From an uncultured Bacteroidota bacterium (GTDB taxonomy: Bacteria > Bacteroidota > Bacteroidia > UKL13-3), in contig CAIYNF010000158.1 of NCBI GenBank assembly GCA_903927505.1, positions 1 to 48,042 of the forward strand: a stretch of DNA of 48,042 bases, read 5' to 3'. Of the stretch, positions 38,620 to 47,348 are shown in pieces (the stretch's first letter is position 1; every line of letters begins with the position of its first letter). The position numbers and the translations under genes are program-made. The notes under the pieces are model-generated. The model worked only from the letters and a program-made list of their open reading frames with translations, did not search any database and was not told the DNA's origin.

Positions 38620-40059
38620 ATGAATTCAGACAATTCAAAAACAAATTGGGGGCAATTTATTCCCTTAGTTATTGTTTTCTTCTTTTGGGGTTTTGTTGCA
38701 GCAAGTAACGATATCCTCATTCCCGTTTTCAAAAAAACATTCAGTTTATCGCAAGGAGAAAGCCAATTGGTTTCACTTGCCTTTTACATTGCCTATACCG
38801 TAGGATCGCTCATTTACATGGGTATTTCTTTGTTAATGAAACAAGACTTGGTAAATAAAATTGGCTACAAAAACGGCCTGGCTTTGGGTTTATTTATTTC
38901 GGCACTTGGAACTTTATTGTTTTACCCAGCAGCCAATTTGAGTTCATTTCCATTAATGCTTTCCGGCTTATTTACTGTTGCCCTGGGCTTCTCCTTGCAA
39001 CAAACAGTTGCTAATCCTTTGGCCATTGCACTCGGACCCATTAGCACAGGTTCACAAAGATTAACCATGGCAGGCGGTATCAATAATTTAGGAACTACCA
39101 TTGGTCCACTTATTGTAAGCTTTGCCATTTTTGGTTCGGCCAGCACTGCCAATTCAGATATGAGTATTGAAAGTGTAAAGGTGCCTTATTTGGTTTTAGG
39201 ACTTGCCTTTTTATTGGTTGCTATCTTATTAAAAACATCTTCATTGCCAGACAAACCTGCAGCAATTTTAGAAGAAGAAGCACACCCGCATTCAAACAAA
39301 AGTTCTGCTTTAAAATATCCTCAATTGATTTTGGGTATGATTGGTATTTTTGTATACGTAGGTGTGGAAGTATCTACAGCAAGTAACCTGCCAGCTTACA
39401 TGGAAAAAAACTTAGGCTTCTTAACAAAAGACATTGCACCTTATATTTCTTTGTATTGGGCAAGTTTAATGATTGGTCGTTGGACAGGCGCTGTTGAGGC
39501 CTTCACAGATAACATGAGCACACAAAAAATATTGCGTTTTATAGCGCCCTATTTGGCTTTTGCTGTTTTCCTTTTTGTGAATGCAATTGCTAAACATGAT
39601 TTAACTCCTTTCTACGTTTATGGCCTCATTATTTTAGTTTTAATTGCAGGAGACATCGCAAGCAAAGGTAATCCAGCACGCATGTTATTGATATTCTCTT
39701 TGCTTGGCATTGCAGCACTCCTAATTGGAATTACAACTTCTGGTATGACCAGCGTATACGCCTTTACCAGTGTTGGTTTATTTTGTAGTACACTTTGGCC
39801 TTGTATTTTTACATTGGCCATTAGCGGCTTAGGAAAACATACCAGTCAAGGTAGCAGCTTTTTAATTATGATGATTATGGGCGGTGGTATTATTAGCTGG
39901 CTTCAAGGCTTTATAGCAGATGAAATTAACAGTATCCAATTGAGTTATGTGGTTGGTATTTTCTGCTTTGCCTACTTGGCATTTTATGCTTGGAAAGTAA
40001 GTGGTATCCTAAAAAGTCAAGGAATTGATTTTGATAAAAAATTGAGCGGCGGACATTAA
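38620..40059 (+). CDS. MFS sugar transporter (FucP/GluP family)
   Basis: FFFWGF, FY.AY, IGYK.G, ANP, YVGVEV, YW...MIGR, GG. Confidence 0.9.
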   Translation: MNSDNSKTNWGQFIPLVIVFFFWGFVAASNDILIPVFKKTFSLSQGESQLVSLAFYIAYTVGSLIYMGISLLMKQDLVNKIGYKNGLALGLFISALGTLLFYPAANLSSFPLMLSGLFTVALGFSLQQTVANPLAIALGPISTGSQRLTMAGGINNLGTTIGPLIVSFAIFGSASTANSDMSIESVKVPYLVLGLAFLLVAILLKTSSLPDKPAAILEEEAHPHSNKSSALKYPQLILGMIGIFVYVGVEVSTASNLPAYMEKNLGFLTKDIAPYISLYWASLMIGRWTGAVEAFTDNMSTQKILRFIAPYLAFAVFLFVNAIAKHDLTPFYVYGLIILVLIAGDIASKGNPARMLLIFSLLGIAALLIGITTSGMTSVYAFTSVGLFCSTLWPCIFTLAISGLGKHTSQGSSFLIMMIMGGGIISWLQGFIADEINSIQLSYVVGIFCFAYLAFYAWKVSGILKSQGIDFDKKLSGGH

Positions 40060-40077
40060 TATCCAAAGCAAATTAGT

Positions 40078-40117
40078 ATAAAAAAAGCGCGAAGAATATT
40101 CTTCGCGCTTTTTTTAT
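40078..40117. terminator. Bidirectional terminator (perfect 40-bp palindrome)
   Basis: ATAAAAAAAGCGCGAAGAAT/ATTCTTCGCGCTTTTTTTAT between convergent genes; contains the GH53 stop codon. Confidence 0.9.
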
Positions 40118-41181
40118 TTATAAGCATCTAAAATGGGCAATGCCAAGCCATTGAAATCCCAGAAAGCCTGATTTTCGTAAGAAGAGCCATCCTTTGCAGT
40201 TGCACCTTTAAATGAAATCCACTCCCCTCCCCAATAGCAAAAACCTTGTCCGTTATTTGCCTTACTTGCAATATCCCTTATACGCAATAAAAAATCACGT
40301 TGCCCATTTTTTGTGGCCGGAAATTGAGGATGTAATTGTGAACTATCACCAATAATATTGTTTGTCCAATCGTTCCAGCCCAAAGTAAATGGATAAGACG
40401 TTTCTGCTATGATTACAGGTTTATTGGTGAGCGTTGAAACAGTAGAAAGCTGCAATTGCAAACTATCCAAATTAGCACCATGCCAAGTTGGGTAATAAGA
40501 AAGACCAATTATATCTGCCCCTACTTCACCTATTTGGTTCATGAACCAAAGCACATCTTTATAGCCTGCATACTGCAAGATAACGCTGCAACTATAGCTA
40601 GATAACCTCACGGCCATTATACCTTGGTTCATCAATTCTTTGAATTGCGAAAGCGAGGAAATATTCCCTTCTGGCCATAAAAATCCATTGTTTACCTCAT
40701 TGCCAATTTGAATATAATCTGGTTGAATTTCGGCCATAATTTTACCAGTGTAATCAAATACACTGTCCTTCAATTGCGCATAAGAAATATTCTTCCAAGC
40801 AAGAGGTTTTGTTTGTGCGCCAGGATCTGCCCATGTGTCTGAATAATGAACCGTTAACCAAACTTTCAATCCCGCTTTTTTTAGTTCTGCGGCCAATGTT
40901 TTTACTTCTTCAAAACCGCAATGCCCATCTAAAGGATCTTTCCATAAGCGCAGACGAATAGTATTAACACCTGATTTAACAAGTGTTTGCAGCATATCTT
41001 CATTATACCCGTTTTGGTTATAAACTTTAACGCCGCTTTGCCTCACTTGTGGCAAAAAAGATAAATCTGCAGCCTTTATAAAAAAAGGAGTTGGCTTTAC
41101 AGCAACAGTGGAAGCATTGTTTTTCTTACAAGCAAAAAACAAAAATAAGAAACATAAAAGCAGAAAAAATCTATTCAACAT
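40114..41181 (-). CDS. GH53 endo-beta-1,4-galactanase, lipoprotein
   Basis: Lipobox FFAC; ADLS, R.RLW.DP, HYSDTWADP..Q.KP, QIGNE, SYYP.WHG, AET.YP. Confidence 0.92.
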   Translation of the reverse strand: MLNRFFLLLCFLFLFFACKKNNASTVAVKPTPFFIKAADLSFLPQVRQSGVKVYNQNGYNEDMLQTLVKSGVNTIRLRLWKDPLDGHCGFEEVKTLAAELKKAGLKVWLTVHYSDTWADPGAQTKPLAWKNISYAQLKDSVFDYTGKIMAEIQPDYIQIGNEVNNGFLWPEGNISSLSQFKELMNQGIMAVRLSSYSCSVILQYAGYKDVLWFMNQIGEVGADIIGLSYYPTWHGANLDSLQLQLSTVSTLTNKPVIIAETSYPFTLGWNDWTNNIIGDSSQLHPQFPATKNGQRDFLLRIRDIASKANNGQGFCYWGGEWISFKGATAKDGSSYENQAFWDFNGLALPILDAYK

Positions 41182-41193
41182 GTTTGCAACATA

Positions 41194-43443
41194 TTACAAT
41201 TTGAACCTAAATCCACCATAAAACATTCTACCAAAAACAGGTCCCCATGTTAGGCTTGCATCAAAGTAATTTCCAAAAGGATTGGCACCATCCAAAATAG
41301 CACGTGGCTGTTGAAAGTTTAATATATTTTCACAACCCGCATATACATCCCATTTCTTTTTAAGGTTCTTGCTAATTTGCGCATTTACTAAAACATAGGC
41401 ATTGGAACGCGCTGCAAGCTGCAATGAACTTGGGTTGTCTAGCGTTTGTGGCAAGCGTTTTGCGCCAATCCAATTAGCAGTTGCATCAAAACTCCATTTT
41501 GATTTTGTAGCATAAGCAAAGTTTACGAACCACCTGTGTGTGGCAATCATGGGAACATCCAATAAAGCGGCTTGGTATTGTGTTTTCACTTCATACCAGC
41601 GGTAGGCAAAACGCACATCAAACCTGCGTATAGGTTGGTATTCCATTTGCACTTGCAAGCTTCTGCTGTAGGAGCTCCCATTTAAATTATAAAAATAAAC
41701 CGAATTGGTTTTAGCATCTCTATCAACTACTATTTGCTTTTCAAAAAGGGTATGGTAATAATCGATGCCAATATTCCCTTTGTGTAAGTTTATTTTAAAT
41801 TCATGGGTTAGGTTTACGCCAAAATTCCATGCCTCTTCTGGGGCAAATCCGTAAGCAGTATTTGGTAAAAACGCGTTTGTAAAAACCCACGTTCTATTGC
41901 TGGTTAAGCTGCTCATATTTTCGCTAATTAAATTTGCGGTACGCCAACCTTTGCCCGCAACAGCTCTGAATACGGTGTTTACAGAAGGGGCATACCTCAA
42001 GTGCAAGCGCGGTACAAACATCCATCCAAAATAATTATGGTAATCTATTCTTGCACCCGCAACCGCGGTAAACAATGCCAAATAAGAATACGCATATTCT
42101 GCAAAAGCACCACTCACTTGTTCATTGCGATTAAAATGGTAGGCTTGTTTATTGAATAATTTTTCGTCAATGATATCCGATTGGTGACTCAATCCAGTTC
42201 TCAATTTATGGTTGGTATTCCCAATAATATCTTGGTAAATTAAATTCGCATACAAGCTTTGTTGGTTTGCATTGTATAAATTATTGCCAAAAAAATTATC
42301 AAAGCTTTGGTTCGAAGCGTATGCTTGTATACCAATACTGCGGTATTTCTTTTTTGGAAACACATAGCCCAACTTCATCATCCCACTTAGCCTTTCAGCA
42401 TTTATCTGCGTTCCAAACATGGCAGTGTGTGTAGTATCATGCAAACCAGGTTTAAAGTCCATCATACCTCCCATTTTCTCGTCTTTTACATATTGAATGG
42501 AAGCATGAAACACCAAGCCGTTTTTAGGATCGAGAAAAATCCTATATAAAATATTGGTTTGTGTGCCAATTGGATTATCTAGATAGCTATCCCTATTTTG
42601 ATCCATCCTATTTACCGTTGCACTGGTATGCAAAAACAAGGCATGGGAAAACATTTTAGTAGGTTGTTGCGCTAAAACTAAATTTGTTTCATACCTACCG
42701 CCTTGTCCGGCATAGGCGTTCCAATAAATTTTATCTTTAGAAATTGGTTTGTGCAATTCCACATTAATTTGCCCAGAAACACTTTCAAAACCATTTACAA
42801 CCGAACCCATTCCTTTGCTTACTTGGATAGAATTTACCCAAGTTCCAGGAATATAATTCAAACCAAAATTACTTGCAATTCCGCGTATGCCGGGCATTTG
42901 TTCCAAACTCATTTGCGTGTATTGCCCAGCTAGACCCAACATTTGAATTTGTTTTGACCCCGTTAAGGCATCACTATAGGCCACATCTACACTCGGATTG
43001 GTTTCAAAGCTTTCTGATAAGTTGCAACAGGCGGCTTTAAATAATTCCTTTTCATTCATAATGGTAGTTTTCCAAGGATCAATAAAAGAAACCTCACTTG
43101 ATTTGCGCTCATAGGTAATAATTGCCTCCTCAAAATTTCTTTTGCTCACCATCAATACTTTGAGGTAATTATTTCCACTTACAAAAATGGTATCATTTTT
43201 AAAACCTAAAGCTTGAACAATTAAATAAGAATATTGCGGATCTATTGCAATTTTAAAAGCACCATTGCTATCTGTGCCAGTGCTATAATTTGAGCCCTTC
43301 CAATGAATCACCGCGCCTTGAATAGGTTCAATGAATCCTTTTTGGTTTGTTTCCACAACAACCCCATGCAATAGCATTGGCTTTTGAGCCCTTGTTTCAA
43401 ATAGAAACAAAAAGCCCAAACAAAACACAAAAAACGCTTTCAT
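41194..43443 (-). CDS. TonB-dependent receptor, heavy-metal-associated type
   Basis: Plug motif EL.KAACCNLSESFETNPSVDV; KG.GSVVNG.ES..GQIN; WGP..GR..Y.G.R end. Start at 43443 by TAATG coupling and signal peptide. Confidence 0.9.
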   Translation of the reverse strand: MKAFFVFCLGFLFLFETRAQKPMLLHGVVVETNQKGFIEPIQGAVIHWKGSNYSTGTDSNGAFKIAIDPQYSYLIVQALGFKNDTIFVSGNNYLKVLMVSKRNFEEAIITYERKSSEVSFIDPWKTTIMNEKELFKAACCNLSESFETNPSVDVAYSDALTGSKQIQMLGLAGQYTQMSLEQMPGIRGIASNFGLNYIPGTWVNSIQVSKGMGSVVNGFESVSGQINVELHKPISKDKIYWNAYAGQGGRYETNLVLAQQPTKMFSHALFLHTSATVNRMDQNRDSYLDNPIGTQTNILYRIFLDPKNGLVFHASIQYVKDEKMGGMMDFKPGLHDTTHTAMFGTQINAERLSGMMKLGYVFPKKKYRSIGIQAYASNQSFDNFFGNNLYNANQQSLYANLIYQDIIGNTNHKLRTGLSHQSDIIDEKLFNKQAYHFNRNEQVSGAFAEYAYSYLALFTAVAGARIDYHNYFGWMFVPRLHLRYAPSVNTVFRAVAGKGWRTANLISENMSSLTSNRTWVFTNAFLPNTAYGFAPEEAWNFGVNLTHEFKINLHKGNIGIDYYHTLFEKQIVVDRDAKTNSVYFYNLNGSSYSRSLQVQMEYQPIRRFDVRFAYRWYEVKTQYQAALLDVPMIATHRWFVNFAYATKSKWSFDATANWIGAKRLPQTLDNPSSLQLAARSNAYVLVNAQISKNLKKKWDVYAGCENILNFQQPRAILDGANPFGNYFDASLTWGPVFGRMFYGGFRFKL

Positions 43444-43802
43444 TAATCGTGGTGCGTATTTGGTTTCTCGCGGTATAAGCAACAATCAGGGAGTTTTTGA
43501 TAAACTACTTCAATTGCCTTTTTCAGATCTGTATCATGACCACAATCTGCAATCAATTGGTGGACTTTTTCGAGGCTAATTTTTTCGGGTACATAAATAA
43601 TCTGCATCATTTTCGTATCCACATTCCACTCGGCCGCTTTAATCCCTTTTACATCGCAAGCGTCTTCTATACGTTCCTTACATTGAGGACAATTGCCATA
43701 AACTTTAAATGAAATCTTTTCTTTTTTACCTTTTTGTGCAAAAGCAGAAAAAGTAAACACCAATGAAAATATAAATAGGACGATAAATTTTGAATTTTTC
43801 AT
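43443..43802 (-). CDS. Exported heavy-metal-associated (HMA) domain protein
   Basis: Signal peptide; V.GNCPQCK.RIE; GHD; Y..LP.CC.Y tail. Confidence 0.9.
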   Translation of the reverse strand: MKNSKFIVLFIFSLVFTFSAFAQKGKKEKISFKVYGNCPQCKERIEDACDVKGIKAAEWNVDTKMMQIIYVPEKISLEKVHQLIADCGHDTDLKKAIEVVYQKLPDCCLYREKPNTHHD

Positions 43803-43806
43803 AATT

Positions 43807-43885
43807 TGAATTTGTTAAATAATAAATTGGGTCGAACCGAAATGGCCGACGTAATTCATAGCTGATTAGGCAGCTAACAAATTCA
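43807..43885 (-). promoter_or_regulatory. Putative intergenic RNA structure sequestering the HMA gene translation-initiation region
   Basis: Perfect 11-bp inverted repeat TGAATTTGTTA (43807-43817) / TAACAAATTCA (43875-43885) enclosing smaller hairpins. Confidence 0.5.
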
Positions 43886-43887
43886 TC

Positions 43888-44277
43888 CTAAATTCTAAAA
43901 ACTTGCAGGGCACTCGGTTCCAATTTTCGAATGGGTGGCGAAGCAGAATTCCTTTCGCCACATTTTGCAACTCTATTTAAACTGGCAAGTGAGGGTTCCC
44001 AAAAAACGGCAAATGGCAAAACAGGAAGCAAAATACGTTTTGGCGTAAAGCTTTGTTTGGCTTGAAAAGTTTGGTCGTTTAGGCTTGCTTTTATAACAAC
44101 ATCTGCGCAACAATCTGTGTTTCCTACATCTGCACATTCACAATCATCCGATCCAATAGTGGTAGAAAAGAAACTTAATTCGGTTAATTTTTCGCCGCAA
44201 AAATGGCTGTGAATAGGCATTCCCGCTATACTTAGCAGGTAAACAAAAGCAAATAATATGTAAAGCCTATTTTTCAA
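43888..44277 (-). CDS. HYC_CC_PP-type His/Cys-rich small protein
   Basis: Hydrophobic N-terminus, HSHFCG, CEC...DCC, C-terminal SPP...VFRI; first gene of the metal operon; TTG start. Confidence 0.78.
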   Translation of the reverse strand: MKNRLYILFAFVYLLSIAGMPIHSHFCGEKLTELSFFSTTIGSDDCECADVGNTDCCADVVIKASLNDQTFQAKQSFTPKRILLPVLPFAVFWEPSLASLNRVAKCGERNSASPPIRKLEPSALQVFRI

Positions 44278-44284
44278 GTTTACA

Positions 44285-44292
44285 CAAAGTTA
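44285..44292 (-). promoter_or_regulatory. -7 promoter box of the metal operon
   Basis: Minus strand reads TAACTTTG, 7 nt before the TTG start. Confidence 0.65.
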
Positions 44293-44347
44293 ATTCTTTT
44301 AGCAGGCAAATAATCAAGCAAAAATTTTTTAGCAGGATAATTTCACT

Positions 44348-44355
44348 TACATTTG
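44348..44355 (+). promoter_or_regulatory. -7 promoter box of typA
   Basis: TACATTTG(CA), 20 nt before the ATG at 44376; divergent from the metal-operon promoter. Confidence 0.72.
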
Positions 44356-44375
44356 CAGTCCTTTTTAAATTGAAC

Positions 44376-46187
44376 ATGCAGAATATCAGAAATATAGCTA
44401 TAATAGCACACGTTGACCATGGAAAAACTACTTTGGTTGACAAAATCATTCACCAAACTCAGATTTTTCGTGAAAACCAAGAAAAAGGCGACTTAATCCT
44501 TGACAACAATGACCTTGAGCGTGAAAGAGGTATCACTATTTTGGCTAAAAATATCTCAGTTAATTACAAAGGAACAAAAATTAACATCATCGACACCCCT
44601 GGTCACAGTGACTTTGGAGGTGAAGTTGAACGCGTATTAAATATGGCCGATGGCGTATTGTTATTGGTTGATGCATTTGAAGGTCCAATGCCACAAACGC
44701 GTTTTGTTTTGCAAAAAGCATTGGCTTTGGGTAAAAAACCAATTGTTGTAATTAACAAGGTAGACAAACCTAACTGTCGTCCAGATGAAGTACATGATGC
44801 CGTTTTTGATTTATTCTTTAACCTTGAAGCAACCGAAGAGCAATTAGATTTCCATACCATGTATGGCAGTTCTAAAATGGGTTGGATGGGTAGAGATTGG
44901 AAAAATCCAACAACAGATTTCACAGAATTATTAGAGGATATCATTACCCAAATTCCAGCACCTGTGGTACCAGAAGGTAACTTGCAAATGCAAATTACTT
45001 CATTGGATTACTCTTCATTTACTGGTCGTATTGCCATTGGTAGAATTTTACGTGGTAGTATTAAAGTTAACCAACCAGTTAGCATTGTTAAACGTGATGG
45101 TTCAATCCAAAAATCTCGTATCAAAGAACTTTATACATTTGAAGGTCTTGGTAAAATGAAAGTAGAAGAAGCGCACGGTGGAGATATTTGTGCGGTGATG
45201 GGTATTGATGGTTTTGAAATTGGCGATACCATTGCCGATTTCGAAAATCCTGAAGGCCTTATTCCTATTAAGATTGACGAACCTACCATGAATATGTTGT
45301 TTTGTATAAACAACTCACCATTCTTTGGTAAAGAAGGAAAATTTGTAACCTCACGTCACTTACGTGATCGTTTGTTTAAAGAATTAGAAAAGAACTTAGC
45401 CCTCCGTGTTGAAGAAACAGATGCGGCAGATTCATATTTGGTATTTGGTAGAGGTATTTTGCATTTATCTATCTTAATTGAAACCATGCGCCGTGAAGGT
45501 TATGAAATGCAAGTTGGACAACCACAAGTTATTGTTAAAGAAATTGATGGCAAGAAATGTGAACCAATTGAAATATTAACAGTAAACGTACCAGAAGAAT
45601 ATTCAGGTAAAGTAATTGAATATGTAAGTCAGCGCAAAGGAGATATGTTAATCATGGAACCTAAAGGCGATTTGATTCATTTAGAATTTGAAATTCCTTC
45701 ACGTGGTATCATTGGTTTAAGAAATAACTTGCTTACCGCAACAGCTGGTGAAGCAATAATGGCGCACCGTTTCAAAGCATTTGAACCTTGGAAAGGAACT
45801 ATTCCTAACCGTGGTAGTGGTGTTATGATTTCTGGTGAACAAGGCAAAGCAATTGCTTATTCAATTGATAAATTACAAGACCGTGGTAGCTTCTTTGTTG
45901 AAGCAGGTGAAAATATCTACATGGGTCAGATTATTGGTGAAACCAATCGTCAAGACGATTTAGTTGTTAATATTACCAAAGAGAAAAAATTAACCAATAT
46001 GCGTGCATCTGGAACAGATGATAAAACCCGTATGGCGCCAAAAATTAATTTCTCTTTAGAAGAGTGTATGGAATATATACAAGGTGATGAGCTGGTAGAA
46101 ATAACGCCACTTTCACTTCGTTTGCGCAAAGTACATTTGGAAGAGAACGAACGCAAACGTTTCAAAAACGCATTGGCATCTTCGTAA
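44376..46187 (+). CDS. typA: Translational GTPase TypA/BipA
   Basis: AHVDHGKTT, RGITI, DTPGH.DFGGEVER, NKVD, GRG.LHL.ILIE.MRREG, LTNMRASG.D. Confidence 0.98.
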   Translation: MQNIRNIAIIAHVDHGKTTLVDKIIHQTQIFRENQEKGDLILDNNDLERERGITILAKNISVNYKGTKINIIDTPGHSDFGGEVERVLNMADGVLLLVDAFEGPMPQTRFVLQKALALGKKPIVVINKVDKPNCRPDEVHDAVFDLFFNLEATEEQLDFHTMYGSSKMGWMGRDWKNPTTDFTELLEDIITQIPAPVVPEGNLQMQITSLDYSSFTGRIAIGRILRGSIKVNQPVSIVKRDGSIQKSRIKELYTFEGLGKMKVEEAHGGDICAVMGIDGFEIGDTIADFENPEGLIPIKIDEPTMNMLFCINNSPFFGKEGKFVTSRHLRDRLFKELEKNLALRVEETDAADSYLVFGRGILHLSILIETMRREGYEMQVGQPQVIVKEIDGKKCEPIEILTVNVPEEYSGKVIEYVSQRKGDMLIMEPKGDLIHLEFEIPSRGIIGLRNNLLTATAGEAIMAHRFKAFEPWKGTIPNRGSGVMISGEQGKAIAYSIDKLQDRGSFFVEAGENIYMGQIIGETNRQDDLVVNITKEKKLTNMRASGTDDKTRMAPKINFSLEECMEYIQGDELVEITPLSLRLRKVHLEENERKRFKNALASS

Positions 46188-46201
46188 TTAATTGAACTTA
46201 A

Positions 46202-46246
46202 AAATGAAATTGTTCTGTAATACTGCAGAACAATTTCATTTATTTT
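46202..46246 (+). terminator. Hairpin / probable terminator between typA and prfB
   Basis: AAATGAAATTGTTCTGTA-ATAC-TGCAGAACAATTTCATTT (18 bp, one G-U pair) followed by ATTTT. Confidence 0.65.
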
Positions 46247-46260
46247 AATAATACCTTTCC

Positions 46261-47347
46261 ATGACTACAGAACAACTCAAAGATTTGAAGTTGAGGGCAG
46301 ATGCCCTGAGGAGGTACCTTTGACGTCGATAATAAATTATTAGACATTAAGGAAGAAGAGGCGCGTAGTTTACAGCCCAATTTCTGGGACAATCCCAAAG
46401 AAGCAGAAAGACATATTAAAGGTACCAGGCTAAAAAAAATCTGGACCGATGCATACGCCACAATGGAAAATATTGTGGAGGATTTATCTGTATTATTTGA
46501 ATTTTATCAAGAAGGTGAAGGAACCGAGGAAGAAGTAGAATCTGCTTACCAAATAGCCGCCAAAGTTGTTGAAGAGCTTGAATTTAAAAACATGCTTAGC
46601 AATGAGGAAGACCAAATGAATTGCATGATCAATATCAATTCTGGTGCAGGTGGAACAGAGAGCCAAGATTGGGCAGAAATGCTCATGCGTATGTATATTA
46701 TGTATGCAGACAAACACGGTCTCAAAGCCGCGGTGGTAGATGAACAAGCTGGCGATGGTGCAGGTATTAAATCATGCTCCATTGAAGTAAGTGGCGATTT
46801 TGCTTATGGCTTTTTAAAAGGAGAAAATGGCGTGCATCGTTTGGTTCGAATCTCTCCATTTGATAGCAATGCCAGACGACATACTTCCTTTGCCTCTGTA
46901 TATGTTTATCCAATTGTTGACGATAGCATTGAAATAGAAATCAAAGATGCAGATATAGAATTTCAAACTTCTAGGTCTGGGGGTGCAGGTGGACAAAATG
47001 TAAACAAGGTTGAAACCAAAGTACAACTAACCCATAAACCTACAGGAATTGTTATTATTTGTCAGGTAGACCGCTCTCAAAGTGCCAATAAAGAAAGGGC
47101 TTTAACCATGTTGCGCTCGCAATTGTATGAACTAGAATTGCGCAAGCAAAACGAAGCAAAATCTGTGATTGAGGCTGGTAAAAAGAAAATAGAATGGGGA
47201 AGCCAAATTCGCAATTATGTATTTCACCCTTACAAATTAATTAAGGATTTAAGAACAGACACAGAAACTTCGGATGTACAAAAAGTAATGGATGGTGGCT
47301 TAGATGATTTTATCAAAGCGTACCTCATGGAGAATTCAAAAAACTAA
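46261..47347 (+). CDS. prfB: Peptide chain release factor 2, with programmed +1 frameshift
   Basis: Frame 0 encodes [20 protein letters not shown], then TGA at 46321. The +1 frame from 46322 (DVDNK...FWDNP) is continuous with the 46463 ORF, which has SPF and GGQ motifs. About 361 aa in total. Confidence 0.97.
46309..46324 (+). promoter_or_regulatory. prfB frameshift signal
   Basis: AGGAGG-TAC-CTT-TGA-C: internal SD, 3-nt spacer, slippery CTT T and weak TGAC stop. Confidence 0.95.
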
Positions 47348-47348
47348 T

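Noticed and set aside
38432-38623. 63-aa ORF bridging the rho end and the MFS start (ATGA overlap)
   Set aside because: Its repetitive peptide (ATCPY) is just the translation of the REP cluster; the overlaps are probably chance. Ribo-seq could overturn this.
46240-46461. Minus-strand 73-aa ORF, or prfB as a pseudogene
   Set aside because: The region is the 5' part of prfB on the plus strand with a canonical programmed frameshift.
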